From Candidatus Latescibacterota bacterium (GTDB lineage: Bacteria; Latescibacterota; UBA2968; GCA-2709665): a DNA stretch of 64,000 bases. The translations under genes and the position numbers were made by a program. Shown here one piece after another: positions 9,372 to 18,507 of the stretch. The number at the start of each line of letters is the position of its first letter. Positions within the stretch are counted from its first letter, which is position 1. The stretch is from positions 4,416,001 to 4,480,000 of the forward strand of contig OZ244937.1 of NCBI GenBank assembly GCA_965222075.1. Direction: 5' to 3'. Below the pieces are notes generated by a model, which saw nothing but the letters and a program-made list of their open reading frames with translations, did no database searches and was not told the origin of the DNA.

Positions 9372-11402
9372 ATGGCTGATGTTGTGCTTGCAAAAATCGA
9401 TCTTTCAGGCTGCCCGGAGGGAAGGGTGTTCGACCGGCCGGAACTGGATTGGAGTGTCGAGGATCGTCACTTCCCCGACTGGGAGTGTCCTCTGGCCAGA
9501 ATACGGAGAAAGGAACGCGGCCCCGGCAGGCCCAGTTCGTTCCGGGTGCTTGAGGAGAACGGCAGGCCGGTCCTGGACCATGTCGACATGACCGATCGGC
9601 CGCTGGTTGTGGGCGATTTTTTGTGGAAAGACTACTCGGTGGAGGCCTATGTCCGCCAGATGGCCGCCACCAGCAAACCCAATTCGGACGATCCGTACTG
9701 TTTTGTGGGCCGGAGCGGGTTGATGTTCAGGTACCGGACATTGAGGCAGTACTATTTCTTTTGCATCGAAGGCTACGATCGGCTGGTGCTCTACCGGCGG
9801 GAGCACGCGCACTGGCACGTGTTGGGCGAGCAGACCGTGTCGGTGGACCGGTCGTGTTACCACCGCCTCAAGGCCGAGTGCCGGGGGGACCGGATCGTTT
9901 GTAGTTTCGACGGGCGGCAGTGCCTGGTGGCGAACGACAACGCCTACCAGACCGGCCGTGCGGGCGTCCGGACCTGCACGCGGGCGAGGTTTCACGACGT
10001 CAGGGTAGTGGCTACCGCAGCCCAGAACGCGGCGTTTATCGACACGCGGAGCTGCTATGAAAAGGAGGTGGCAGCCGAGCGGGAGAAGTATCCAGGGCTC
10101 GTCCTGTGGAATGAGATCGATCCCAGGGGTTTTGGCGGAGGGGTGCCCGTGTTCGGAGATATCAGGGGCAGCCTTGAGACGGAGCTACTGTTGTTCCAGG
10201 ATCCCCCAAATGGGGAGGGTGCGCCGCGGATCCGGGCGGTAAGCTTGGAGGGGGAGCAGGTGTGGGAAATGGAATATTCGAAGTTGAAGACGGTCGCTCC
10301 GAAGCGGACGGTGATACAGGACATCGACGGGGACGGCGTGAACGAGCTGGTATCTGCCGGCGGAAACCGGCTGTCGATCGTGGATGCGGTGACCGGGGAG
10401 TTGAAGGCGGAAGCGCCCCTGCCCGAACCCGGGCCGTTTCTGGTGCCCCGCGGCCAGCCCCTGACCGATGAGTACCTCCACGTGCAGCGGGCCATTATTC
10501 CCTGCAACCTGCGGGGGAATTCCAGTCCCCGGGATTTCATCCTCAGGGATGGCGTCCCGGGGGGAAGCGGATGGACGATCTGGGCCTATGACGAGCGGCT
10601 CAACCTGCTGTGGCAGCAGCACGCGGACGCGCCCTGGTACGGGCATTCCGTCTATTTCTACGATGTGGACGGCGACGGCCGGGACGAGGCGCTGTCGGGG
10701 TACCACCTCTACGACGATGACGGGAGCCTGATCTGGCGGATGGAGGGCGCGGAGTACATCGAGATGCACGACCATGTGGACAACATCGTTTTCGGGGAGA
10801 TGGACGGGAACGAGGAGAATGGGCCTGAGATCGGCATTGCCGGAAGCAGCGAAGGGTTTTTCTTAGTGGATGCGCGCGACGGCCGGGTGCGGCGGCAGCA
10901 CCGAATGGGCCACTCCCAGGATGTCTACGCGGGGAATTTCAGGCCCGACCTGCCCGGGCTGGAAATGTGGGTGGGCGACCGGTGGGACTCGTACGGCCTG
11001 CTGGTGCAGTTCAGCGGGGCTGGCGATCCGCTCCTCTCCCTTGAGCCTGACAATGTCAGCCAGTCCGGGCCTGCGGTAAACTGGAGCGGAGATGGGCAGG
11101 AACTGTTGCTGTTGAGCACGTCGGTGCGAGCGCTGGGGATGTACGATGGGTACGGGCGGAAAGTCGTGGAATTTCCGGGAGATAAGCCGGCGGTTCCTCC
11201 TGGAAAGCCGTTCTGGCGCTCCTGGATCAGCGCGCAGCAGATGGACTTGATGGGGGATGCGCGGGATGAGGTCGTGTTGACCCGTGATGGGGTGCTGTAC
11301 ATCTACACGCAGGACACGCCCTTTCCCAAAGGTGAGAAAATCTACGCGCCGGTCCGGAGTGGGCATCTCTCCTCCCCAAACTGGGAAATCAACGGAGGAT
11401 GA
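9372..11402 (+). CDS. Concanavalin-like N-domain + FG-GAP/PL11 (rhamnogalacturonan lyase)-like beta-propeller, paralog 1
   Basis: DIDGDGVNE and GHSVYFYDVDGDGRDE Ca-binding repeats, GHSQ...FRPDLPGLE; no signal peptide. Confidence 0.7.
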   Translation: MADVVLAKIDLSGCPEGRVFDRPELDWSVEDRHFPDWECPLARIRRKERGPGRPSSFRVLEENGRPVLDHVDMTDRPLVVGDFLWKDYSVEAYVRQMAATSKPNSDDPYCFVGRSGLMFRYRTLRQYYFFCIEGYDRLVLYRREHAHWHVLGEQTVSVDRSCYHRLKAECRGDRIVCSFDGRQCLVANDNAYQTGRAGVRTCTRARFHDVRVVATAAQNAAFIDTRSCYEKEVAAEREKYPGLVLWNEIDPRGFGGGVPVFGDIRGSLETELLLFQDPPNGEGAPRIRAVSLEGEQVWEMEYSKLKTVAPKRTVIQDIDGDGVNELVSAGGNRLSIVDAVTGELKAEAPLPEPGPFLVPRGQPLTDEYLHVQRAIIPCNLRGNSSPRDFILRDGVPGGSGWTIWAYDERLNLLWQQHADAPWYGHSVYFYDVDGDGRDEALSGYHLYDDDGSLIWRMEGAEYIEMHDHVDNIVFGEMDGNEENGPEIGIAGSSEGFFLVDARDGRVRRQHRMGHSQDVYAGNFRPDLPGLEMWVGDRWDSYGLLVQFSGAGDPLLSLEPDNVSQSGPAVNWSGDGQELLLLSTSVRALGMYDGYGRKVVEFPGDKPAVPPGKPFWRSWISAQQMDLMGDARDEVVLTRDGVLYIYTQDTPFPKGEKIYAPVRSGHLSSPNWEINGG

Positions 11403-12055
11403 ATCCAGAGCGTTCACGAAGAAGGGAGAGCTCAGCAGCCGAGAGATCCGAATCACCGCCTGAATCCGCATCCATACGGGCTCTGGCGCTGGGACTGGTG
11501 ATGGTGGTGGCGTCGATCGCCTACACCAACTGGGCAACCGTGCTGCTGCGGGCGTCCAGGGTGAACCGGTCTCACTTCCCGATGGGGCTGCTGCTCCCCT
11601 TTGCCGTGCTGGCGTTTCTCAACCTGCTGGTGCGACGGCCGGGGATCGCCAGGGCGCTCAGCCGGGGCGAACTCCGCGTTATCCTCGGACTGGGCCTGAT
11701 CGGCGCCTTTTTTCTCGCTTACGGACTCGCCGGCTACCTGGTGGGTGTAATCGCCGCCCCATACTACTTCGCCACCCCGGAGAATCGGTGGGCCGATCTG
11801 CTCCACGGACACGTTCCAGGCTGGGCCGTGCTGCGAAACGAGGACCTGGCCGCCACCCGGTTCTACGAAGGTGTCCCGTATCAAGGCGCCATGTCCTGGG
11901 GGGCATGGGTGGGACCGCTCTTCTGGTGGCTGACGCTGATTGGGGCCGTCAGCTGGAGCCTCCTGTGCGTGATGGTGATCCTCCGCAAGCAGTGGGTGGA
12001 ACACGAACGGCTGGAATACCCGCTGATGAGGGCGGGAATGCACCTGGCGATATAG
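11399..12055 (+). pseudogene. DUF6785-family membrane protein, truncated after N-terminal third
   Basis: SHFPMG, APYYFATPENRW, LRKQWVEHERLEYPL match the first ~215 aa of 12214..14202, then a stop. Confidence 0.75.
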
Positions 12056-12213
12056 GCGGGGCGGTCTGTTCGGTGGCGGCAGGACACGGGCGCAACTGGG
12101 GCTGAGGCGCGGTGACGGGGTGTTACGGCCCGCCGCTACGGTGAGGACTTTGCGCTTGTGCCCATGCCGGCCGGGAAAACGGATACATCGGTTGGCGTTA
12201 TATATGACAGGGT

Positions 12214-14202
12214 ATGAAGAGTGGGGATGTTCAGATGAGTTGGAGCGCACCGGAGGTCGCTGTTGAAGAGGTGTCGGCGCCGCAGAGCCGTCTGGGGGTG
12301 ACGAGGCGGTCGATTCTGCTGGGCCTACTGCTGGTCTGCGCCGAAGTTGCGGTGATTACCTTCTCGGAGCCGGTCGTCCGGTCGTCGCAGATGAACATCA
12401 GCCACTTCCCCGTGGGGTTTTTTATGTGGTTCGTGGCGGTGGTGTTGTTTTTGAATCCGCTGCTGAAGCGAGTGGGTGTACGGTATGGCCTGTCCTCTTC
12501 GGAGCTGTTTGCAATTGTCGCAGTGGGACTGATGGGGGCGCACGTGCCGAACAGCGGGCTGGTGGGGTTTTTTCTGGGGATGCTGGCCGCGCCCTATTAT
12601 TTTGCCTCGCCGGAGAACCGGTGGGCGGAGTTGCTGCACCCGAACATCCCACCGTGGCTGGTGCCCACCGACGAAAGGGGTGCCCTGCAAGCGTTTTTCG
12701 AGGGCGCGCCGGATGGGTATGCGATCCTGTGGCACGTATGGGCCGTGCCGCTGTTCTGGTGGCTGTGCCTGATCGGAGCGATGGCGTTTGCGCTGCTGTG
12801 CATTGCGGTGATGCTGCGCAAGCAGTGGGTGCAGAACGAGCGGCTGGTTTATCCCTTGATCTCTCCGGTGTCGGAGCTGAGCGCCGGGTCTGAATCGTCG
12901 CAGTTGCTGCCGCAGGTTGCGTATAACCGGCTGTTCTGGATCGGATTCGGACTCGGGTTCGGCATCCTGGCCTGGAATATTGGGGCATATTTCCTTCCGA
13001 GCTGGCCCCGGATCTATTACCATGGAAGGTGGTGGGACTTTCTGTACGGCTTTCCCCGGATGACGAGCCGGATCAACATGTATATCATTGGATTCGGATA
13101 TTTTGCCAATGTAGATGTGCTGTTCAGCCTTTTGTTCTTTTACCTTCTCTACTGGACGCAGACGGGCATCTTCAACCGGATGGGCTACAATTTGGGACCC
13201 GGGACGGGGACAGCGGCGGCCTGGGAGAGCACCGGCGGGCTGTTTGCGCTGGTGGGGTGGGGAATGTGGACGGCACGCGGACATCTCCGGGAGGTGGTGC
13301 GCAAGGCATTGGACCCTGTGTGTCCGGTAGACGACAGTGGAGAAATGCTTTCCTACCGGACAGCTTTGTTCGGGTTTTTGCTTGGTACAGTTTTTTCGGT
13401 ATCGTGGTTGTACGCTGCCGGCGTGGATCTGGGAGTGGCGCTGCTGGTGTTGGCAGTGACCTATGTAACCTATGTGGGGCTGGCAAAAGTGGTGTCGGAA
13501 AGCGGGCTGCTTTACCTGAGCTGGACGGTAGGGCCTCAGGCCCTGGTGACGGGGGCGTTGGGATCTGTAGCGATGGCGCCGGGCAGTATCCTTACCTCGA
13601 TGGCCTTTACGGTTGGCCTGTGCGCCCATTGGAAGGGGATATTCATGTCGGGGTTTGCGCAGGGGGCCAAGCTGGCCGGCCTGACCGGGGGCAACCGCAG
13701 GCGTGTGGCGATAGGGATGGGCCTGGCCCTGGCGGTGGGCATCCTGCTTTGTCTCTACCTGAGCCTGGGATGGGGCTACGAACACGGGGCGTATAACTTC
13801 GGCGGTACTCCGTTTCGGGCCGGCCGCCATTCGTTTCAGCAAGCAGCCGCCCAGATTCTAAATCCCGAGGGGGTCGCCTCCAGGCGGTTGGTGTTTTTTG
13901 GCATTGGTGTTGGGGTGATGTCCGTGCTCACGTTCCTCAGGTACCGGTTGTCCTGGTGGCCAGTCCACCCAATCGGCTTTGCGATTGCGGGAAACGGCCG
14001 GGCGACCAAGTCGGCGTTTTCGGTTTTTATCGCCTGGACGCTCAAGTTTCTAACGCTGCGTGTGGGCGGGGTGACGCTCTACCGGCGGTTCCGGCCGCTT
14101 TTTGTAGGACTGCTGTCAGGGTATTCGCTGGGAGTGGGTCTGGGTTTTGCGGTGGACGCGGTCTGGTTCCGCGGACAGGGACACTGGATCCATCTCTACT
14201 GA
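12214..14202 (+). CDS. DUF6785/DUF6784-family polytopic membrane protein (putative transporter)
   Basis: Many hydrophobic segments; RKQWVQNERLVYPL and WWPVHPIGF motifs; start could be 12235. Confidence 0.8.
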   Translation: MKSGDVQMSWSAPEVAVEEVSAPQSRLGVTRRSILLGLLLVCAEVAVITFSEPVVRSSQMNISHFPVGFFMWFVAVVLFLNPLLKRVGVRYGLSSSELFAIVAVGLMGAHVPNSGLVGFFLGMLAAPYYFASPENRWAELLHPNIPPWLVPTDERGALQAFFEGAPDGYAILWHVWAVPLFWWLCLIGAMAFALLCIAVMLRKQWVQNERLVYPLISPVSELSAGSESSQLLPQVAYNRLFWIGFGLGFGILAWNIGAYFLPSWPRIYYHGRWWDFLYGFPRMTSRINMYIIGFGYFANVDVLFSLLFFYLLYWTQTGIFNRMGYNLGPGTGTAAAWESTGGLFALVGWGMWTARGHLREVVRKALDPVCPVDDSGEMLSYRTALFGFLLGTVFSVSWLYAAGVDLGVALLVLAVTYVTYVGLAKVVSESGLLYLSWTVGPQALVTGALGSVAMAPGSILTSMAFTVGLCAHWKGIFMSGFAQGAKLAGLTGGNRRRVAIGMGLALAVGILLCLYLSLGWGYEHGAYNFGGTPFRAGRHSFQQAAAQILNPEGVASRRLVFFGIGVGVMSVLTFLRYRLSWWPVHPIGFAIAGNGRATKSAFSVFIAWTLKFLTLRVGGVTLYRRFRPLFVGLLSGYSLGVGLGFAVDAVWFRGQGHWIHLY

Positions 14203-14279
14203 CCTTATCCATCCACGGGCCTATGTGTCACCTCAGAGTACTGTTGGCCCTGGCTCGATTGTCTGGCTGGTGCCACGGT

Positions 14280-14727
14280 CGGGGCATTTGTTACGATTGG
14301 CGACCACGTGGTGATCCTGCAAAACGTCGGTTTGTCCCACGATGACACCGTCGGCGATTACACCTGCATTGCCGTAGGAGTTGGTTTTTCGGGAAGTGTT
14401 CGTGTGGGGAGAAACGGTTCAATCCACAGGGGGGAGTTGATGAGACCGACGGCGATGGCAATCTTGCGCCATTTCATCCTTTGCGCAGCGGTGCTTCTGG
14501 CGGCCGTGTCGGCCGGGGTCGAGGTGCCTCCGGAACCACGCAACCGGGTCCGCAATCCGAGCTTCGAACTGGACGCGGACCGGGACGCCCGCTATGCATG
14601 GCTCATTTCGGAAGGGCTCAAGATCGACAACTGGCCTCCCCCGGGCGGACTCGTGACAGACCTCTTCTTCCTGGGGAATTTGAAAACAGCTTCTCAGCAT
14701 TTCAGAAAGAGAGACATTCAAACCTGA
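14280..14727 (+). pseudogene. Fused fragments: hexapeptide acetyltransferase piece + signal-peptide stub of a secreted protein
   Basis: TIGDHVVILQNVGLSHDDTVGDYTCIAVGV hexapeptide pattern; then GGAG RBS, ATG 14440, signal peptide and NRVRNPSFE. Confidence 0.5.
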
Positions 14728-14739
14728 GGAGGGTGCGCG

Positions 14740-16755
14740 ATGGCAGACGTTGTGGTCGCAAAAATCGACCTCTCGGATTGCCCGGAGAGGATCGTGTTTG
14801 ACAGGCCGGATCTGGACTGGAGTATCGAGGAGAGCTATTTCCCGGATTGGGAGTGCCCCTTAGCCGACGTGTACCGGAGGCGGCCAAGCGTGCTGCGGGT
14901 GCTGGAGGAGGACGGCAGACGGGTGCTGGACCATATCGATATGACCGACCGGCCGCTGGTTGTGGGCGATTCTCTGTGGGGGGACTACACGGTGGAGGCC
15001 TGTGTCCGCCAGATGGCCGCCACCAGCGAGCCGAACTCGGACGATCCGCACTGTTTTGTGGGCCGGAGCGGGTTGATGTTCAGGTACCGGACATTGAGGC
15101 AGTACTATTTCTTCTGCATCGAAGGCTACGACCGACTGGTGCTCTACCGGCGGGAACACGCGCACTGGCACGTACTGGACGAGCAGACCGTGCCGGTGGA
15201 CCGGTCGTGTTACCACCACCTCAAGGCCGAATGCCGGGGGGGCCGGATCGTTTGCAGTTTCGACGGGCGGCAGTGCCTGGTGGCGAACGACAATGCCTAT
15301 AAGACCGGGCGAGCGGGCATCCGAACCTGCACGCGGGCGAGGTTTTACGATGTGAAGGTGACGGCTACGGCTTCCCAGAACGCGGCGTTTATCGATACGC
15401 GGAGCAGGTATGAGAAGGAGGTGGCGACCGAGCGGGAGAAGGTTCCGAAGGCGGTGCTGTGGAGGGAGATCGATACGAAAGCGCTCGGCGGAGGGGTGCC
15501 CGTGTTCGGGGACATCCGGGGCAGCGGCGAGACGGAGCTGCTGTTGTTGCAGGATGCCTTAAATGGGGAGGGTGCGCCGCGGATCCGGGCGGTGAGCTTA
15601 GAGGGGAAACAGGTGTGGGAGATGGAGTACACGGAGCTGAAGACGGTCGCTCCGAAGCGGACGGTGATACAGGACATCGACGGGGACGGCGTGAACGAGC
15701 TGGTATCTGCCGGCGGAAACCGGCTGTCGATCGTGGATGGGATGACGGGGACGTTGAAGGCGGAGGCGCCCCTGCCCGAACCCGGGCCGTTTCTGGTGCC
15801 CCGCGGCCAGCCCCTGACCGATGAGTACCTCCACGTGCAGCGGGCCATTATCCCCTGCAACCTGCGGGGGAATTCCGGTCCCCGGGATTTCATCCTCAGG
15901 GATGGTGTGCCGGGGGGAATGGGGTGGACGATCTGGGCCTACGACGACCGGCTCAACCTGCTGTGGCAGCAGCGCGCGGACGCGCCCTGGTACGGGCATT
16001 CCGTCTACTTTTACGATGTGGACGGCGATGGCCGGGACGAGGCGCTGTCGGGATACCACCTCTACGACGACGACGGGAGTCTGATCTGGCGGATGGAGGG
16101 CGCCGAGTATATCAAGATGACCGATCACGTGGACAACGTCGTATTCGGAGAGATCGACGGGGACGAGGAGAACGGGCCTGAGATTGGCATTGCCGGAAGC
16201 AGCGCGGGGTTCTTTCTGGTGGACGCTCGGGACGGTCGGGTGCTGCGGCACCACCGGGTGGGGCATTCGCAGGATGTGTATGCAGGCAATTTCCGGCCCG
16301 ACCTGCCCGGGCTGGAGATCTGGATGGGCGACAGGTGGGATAGTTATGGGTTGCTGGTCCTGTTCGGCGGGACGGGCGACCCGCTTTTTTCGTTCGAGCC
16401 GGACAACATCAACCAGGCCGGATCTGCGGTGAACTGGGGCGGAGACGGGCGGGAGTTGATGCTTTTGAGCACGTCAGTGCGGGCGCTGGGGATGTACGAC
16501 GCGTACGGGCGGAAAGTCGTCGAATTCCCGGACGACAAGCCGGCAGTGCCTCCTGGAAAGCCGTTCTGGCGGTCCTGGATCAGCGCACAGCGGATGGACC
16601 TGACGGGCGACGCCAGGGATGAGGTCGTGTTGGCCCACGACGGAGTGCTGTACATCTACACGCAGGACACGCCCTATCCCAAGGGGGAGAAGATCTACGC
16701 GCCGGTCCGGAAGGGTCATCTCTCCTCCCCCCACTGGGAGGTCCACGAGGAATGA
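14740..16755 (+). CDS. Concanavalin-like + FG-GAP/PL11-like beta-propeller, paralog 2
   Basis: Colinear and highly similar to 9372..11402, including the upstream leader. Confidence 0.7.
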   Translation: MADVVVAKIDLSDCPERIVFDRPDLDWSIEESYFPDWECPLADVYRRRPSVLRVLEEDGRRVLDHIDMTDRPLVVGDSLWGDYTVEACVRQMAATSEPNSDDPHCFVGRSGLMFRYRTLRQYYFFCIEGYDRLVLYRREHAHWHVLDEQTVPVDRSCYHHLKAECRGGRIVCSFDGRQCLVANDNAYKTGRAGIRTCTRARFYDVKVTATASQNAAFIDTRSRYEKEVATEREKVPKAVLWREIDTKALGGGVPVFGDIRGSGETELLLLQDALNGEGAPRIRAVSLEGKQVWEMEYTELKTVAPKRTVIQDIDGDGVNELVSAGGNRLSIVDGMTGTLKAEAPLPEPGPFLVPRGQPLTDEYLHVQRAIIPCNLRGNSGPRDFILRDGVPGGMGWTIWAYDDRLNLLWQQRADAPWYGHSVYFYDVDGDGRDEALSGYHLYDDDGSLIWRMEGAEYIKMTDHVDNVVFGEIDGDEENGPEIGIAGSSAGFFLVDARDGRVLRHHRVGHSQDVYAGNFRPDLPGLEIWMGDRWDSYGLLVLFGGTGDPLFSFEPDNINQAGSAVNWGGDGRELMLLSTSVRALGMYDAYGRKVVEFPDDKPAVPPGKPFWRSWISAQRMDLTGDARDEVVLAHDGVLYIYTQDTPYPKGEKIYAPVRKGHLSSPHWEVHEE

Positions 16756-16794
16756 GAAGATGATCCTGGATGAGCTTGTCATCGGCCTGCCATT
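16701..16794 (+). repeat. ~90-bp direct repeat, copy 1 (3' end of propeller gene + downstream spacer)
   Basis: Matches 25499..25587 with a few substitutions and a small indel. Confidence 0.9.
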
Positions 16795-16831
16795 ATCCCT
16801 GAGAACCGGATGCCTCTGCGACTTCGAGCCT

Positions 16832-16957
16832 CAGTGATTGGGAACCGAGACGTCCCACACAAGATACGGGGAGGAGGTTCTGATGGAAAAGCTGGCATTG
16901 ACGGGCGGTCCGAAGGCGGTGACGCTTGACAGGAGGAAGTTCACCGTCTTGCAATGA
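16832..16957 (+). pseudogene. Duplicated 5' stub of the DegT aminotransferase (leader + 22 codons)
   Basis: MEKLALTGGPKAVTLDRRKFTV LQ*; DNA nearly identical to 2451..2560. Confidence 0.9.
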
Positions 16958-17003
16958 GAAACCGGCGGTAGGACAACCGCCTGACAGGACGCACAAAAAT
17001 TGC

Positions 17004-17032
17004 TTGACATTGTTGCGAGATGGTTCTATTTT
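17004..17032 (+). promoter_or_regulatory. Sigma70-type promoter for the LacI gene
   Basis: TTGACA-17 bp-TATTTT in an AT-rich region. Confidence 0.65.
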
Positions 17033-17073
17033 TAAAAATAGTAGAATTTTTTATACCTCCGTTTTTTTATTCT

Positions 17074-17095
17074 TAACTTAAAACGCTTTAAGTTA
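17074..17095. promoter_or_regulatory. LacI-type operator palindrome
   Basis: TAACTTAAAACGCTTTAAGTTA: near-perfect dyad with central CG, just upstream of the LacI ATG. Confidence 0.65.
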
Positions 17096-17114
17096 GTTTT
17101 AAATTCTTGTCTAT

Positions 17115-18107
17115 ATGGCTACAATCAAAGATATTGCCCTGCTGACCGGGACTTCTTCTACAGCGGTTTCGTTTGTTCTGAACAATAAGGATCGAAAGCG
17201 GGTAAGCCCTGAAAAGCGTAAGGCTATACTCGAGGCCGCAAAAAAATACGGATATCGAAAAAACATCGCGGCCCGTGGGCTGGCGCTGAAGCGGACATTT
17301 AAAATCGCCACTTGTGTACAGGGATTCTTCGAGCAGCATCCTGTCTTCGGGTTCCTTGACCAGTACCAAACCATCAGTCTTCTCGCCCGGAAACTTCCAG
17401 CGATTGGCTATGGTATGGAGTTTGTCCAGGTTGATACAGAGGCGTCTCCTTCTGAAATCTCGAGGACATTAGCACAGGAGAAAGCAGACGGCTTTGTGTT
17501 TGCCTACTGGGACCCTCAGCTGCTGAGACGGGTTATTCCTTCACTCAAGCAGAAGGGAATACCGGCGGTTGCTCTTGGTACCATGCTGGGGAGGGACTAC
17601 GATTGGGCTGCGATCGATAGGGAAGGGGGATTCTGCAAAGCCACTTCCTACCTTCTGGGGAGTGGTCTGACAAGGATTGCGCTGCTCGATTGCGGCTTGG
17701 GGCTCTACGGAGGATCCAAACGGGCAGGATACGAAAAGGCCATGCAGGCGGCAGGATACTCGCCGCACCCTGTCTTTTCAGCCGAGTCGCCAAAGATCAA
17801 GCCGGTCAGTGAGGCGACGGAAAGGATGGTGGATGCCTGTCCTGAAATCGAGGCGGTGTTGATCTCAGAGAATCTCTTCGCGCCCACGGTGATGCATGCC
17901 CTCGGCGGTCGACGGGTGCGGATAATCGGATGCGGCGACCGTTGCTTTGCCAATATCTGTCACCCAAAGCTCTCGTACTTGGAGTTCCCCGGCAGAAAGC
18001 TCGTCGATGTCTGCATAGATAATGTGATCGGGCAAATCGAATCTCCCGACACGCACCGTTCGCGGCAGACGATCGTGGAATGTGACCTTGTGATTCAGGA
18101 GACCTGA
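17115..18107 (+). CDS. LacI-family transcriptional regulator
   Basis: ATIKDIALLTGTSSTAVSFVLN HTH, YRKNIAARGL hinge, periplasmic-binding-type C-domain. Confidence 0.92.
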   Translation: MATIKDIALLTGTSSTAVSFVLNNKDRKRVSPEKRKAILEAAKKYGYRKNIAARGLALKRTFKIATCVQGFFEQHPVFGFLDQYQTISLLARKLPAIGYGMEFVQVDTEASPSEISRTLAQEKADGFVFAYWDPQLLRRVIPSLKQKGIPAVALGTMLGRDYDWAAIDREGGFCKATSYLLGSGLTRIALLDCGLGLYGGSKRAGYEKAMQAAGYSPHPVFSAESPKIKPVSEATERMVDACPEIEAVLISENLFAPTVMHALGGRRVRIIGCGDRCFANICHPKLSYLEFPGRKLVDVCIDNVIGQIESPDTHRSRQTIVECDLVIQET

Positions 18108-18507
18108 TTGGGCGAAGGGGTGAAAGCGAGTTTTTGAGAAGGCCGTACATAAAAGAGCCGTTAGCCACCAACCTGGCGGGGAGGAAGCTAACGACTCGGA
18201 GGATTGAAAAGATCGCAAAGTCCCTTCAATCACAAAAATACCGACCTACAGATTCTTCGTATCAATGTCAAGCAGAAAAAGGGGTGATATTTGAGTTGAA
18301 AGAAAATAAGCTCGTTTAATAATCTGGTATCCCAGGGTGTTATTTCTGAAGGAGGTGATGCGAATCCATTTGTCGGTGATGAGTGGGGATCTGCGGCCGA
18401 CGTCGGGCTGGGGGATTGACAGCGAAACTTCCAATTCGGTTGTTTGACATCGGTGCGGGGTTGATGTTCTGCTTTTCCGGAGGTAACATCCAAAGGAGGA
18501 CGAAACG

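Noticed and set aside
18125-18170. GAGTTTTTGAGAAGGCCGTACATAAAAG as an IS terminal repeat
   Set aside because: No partner repeat or transposase identified; similarity too weak to support.
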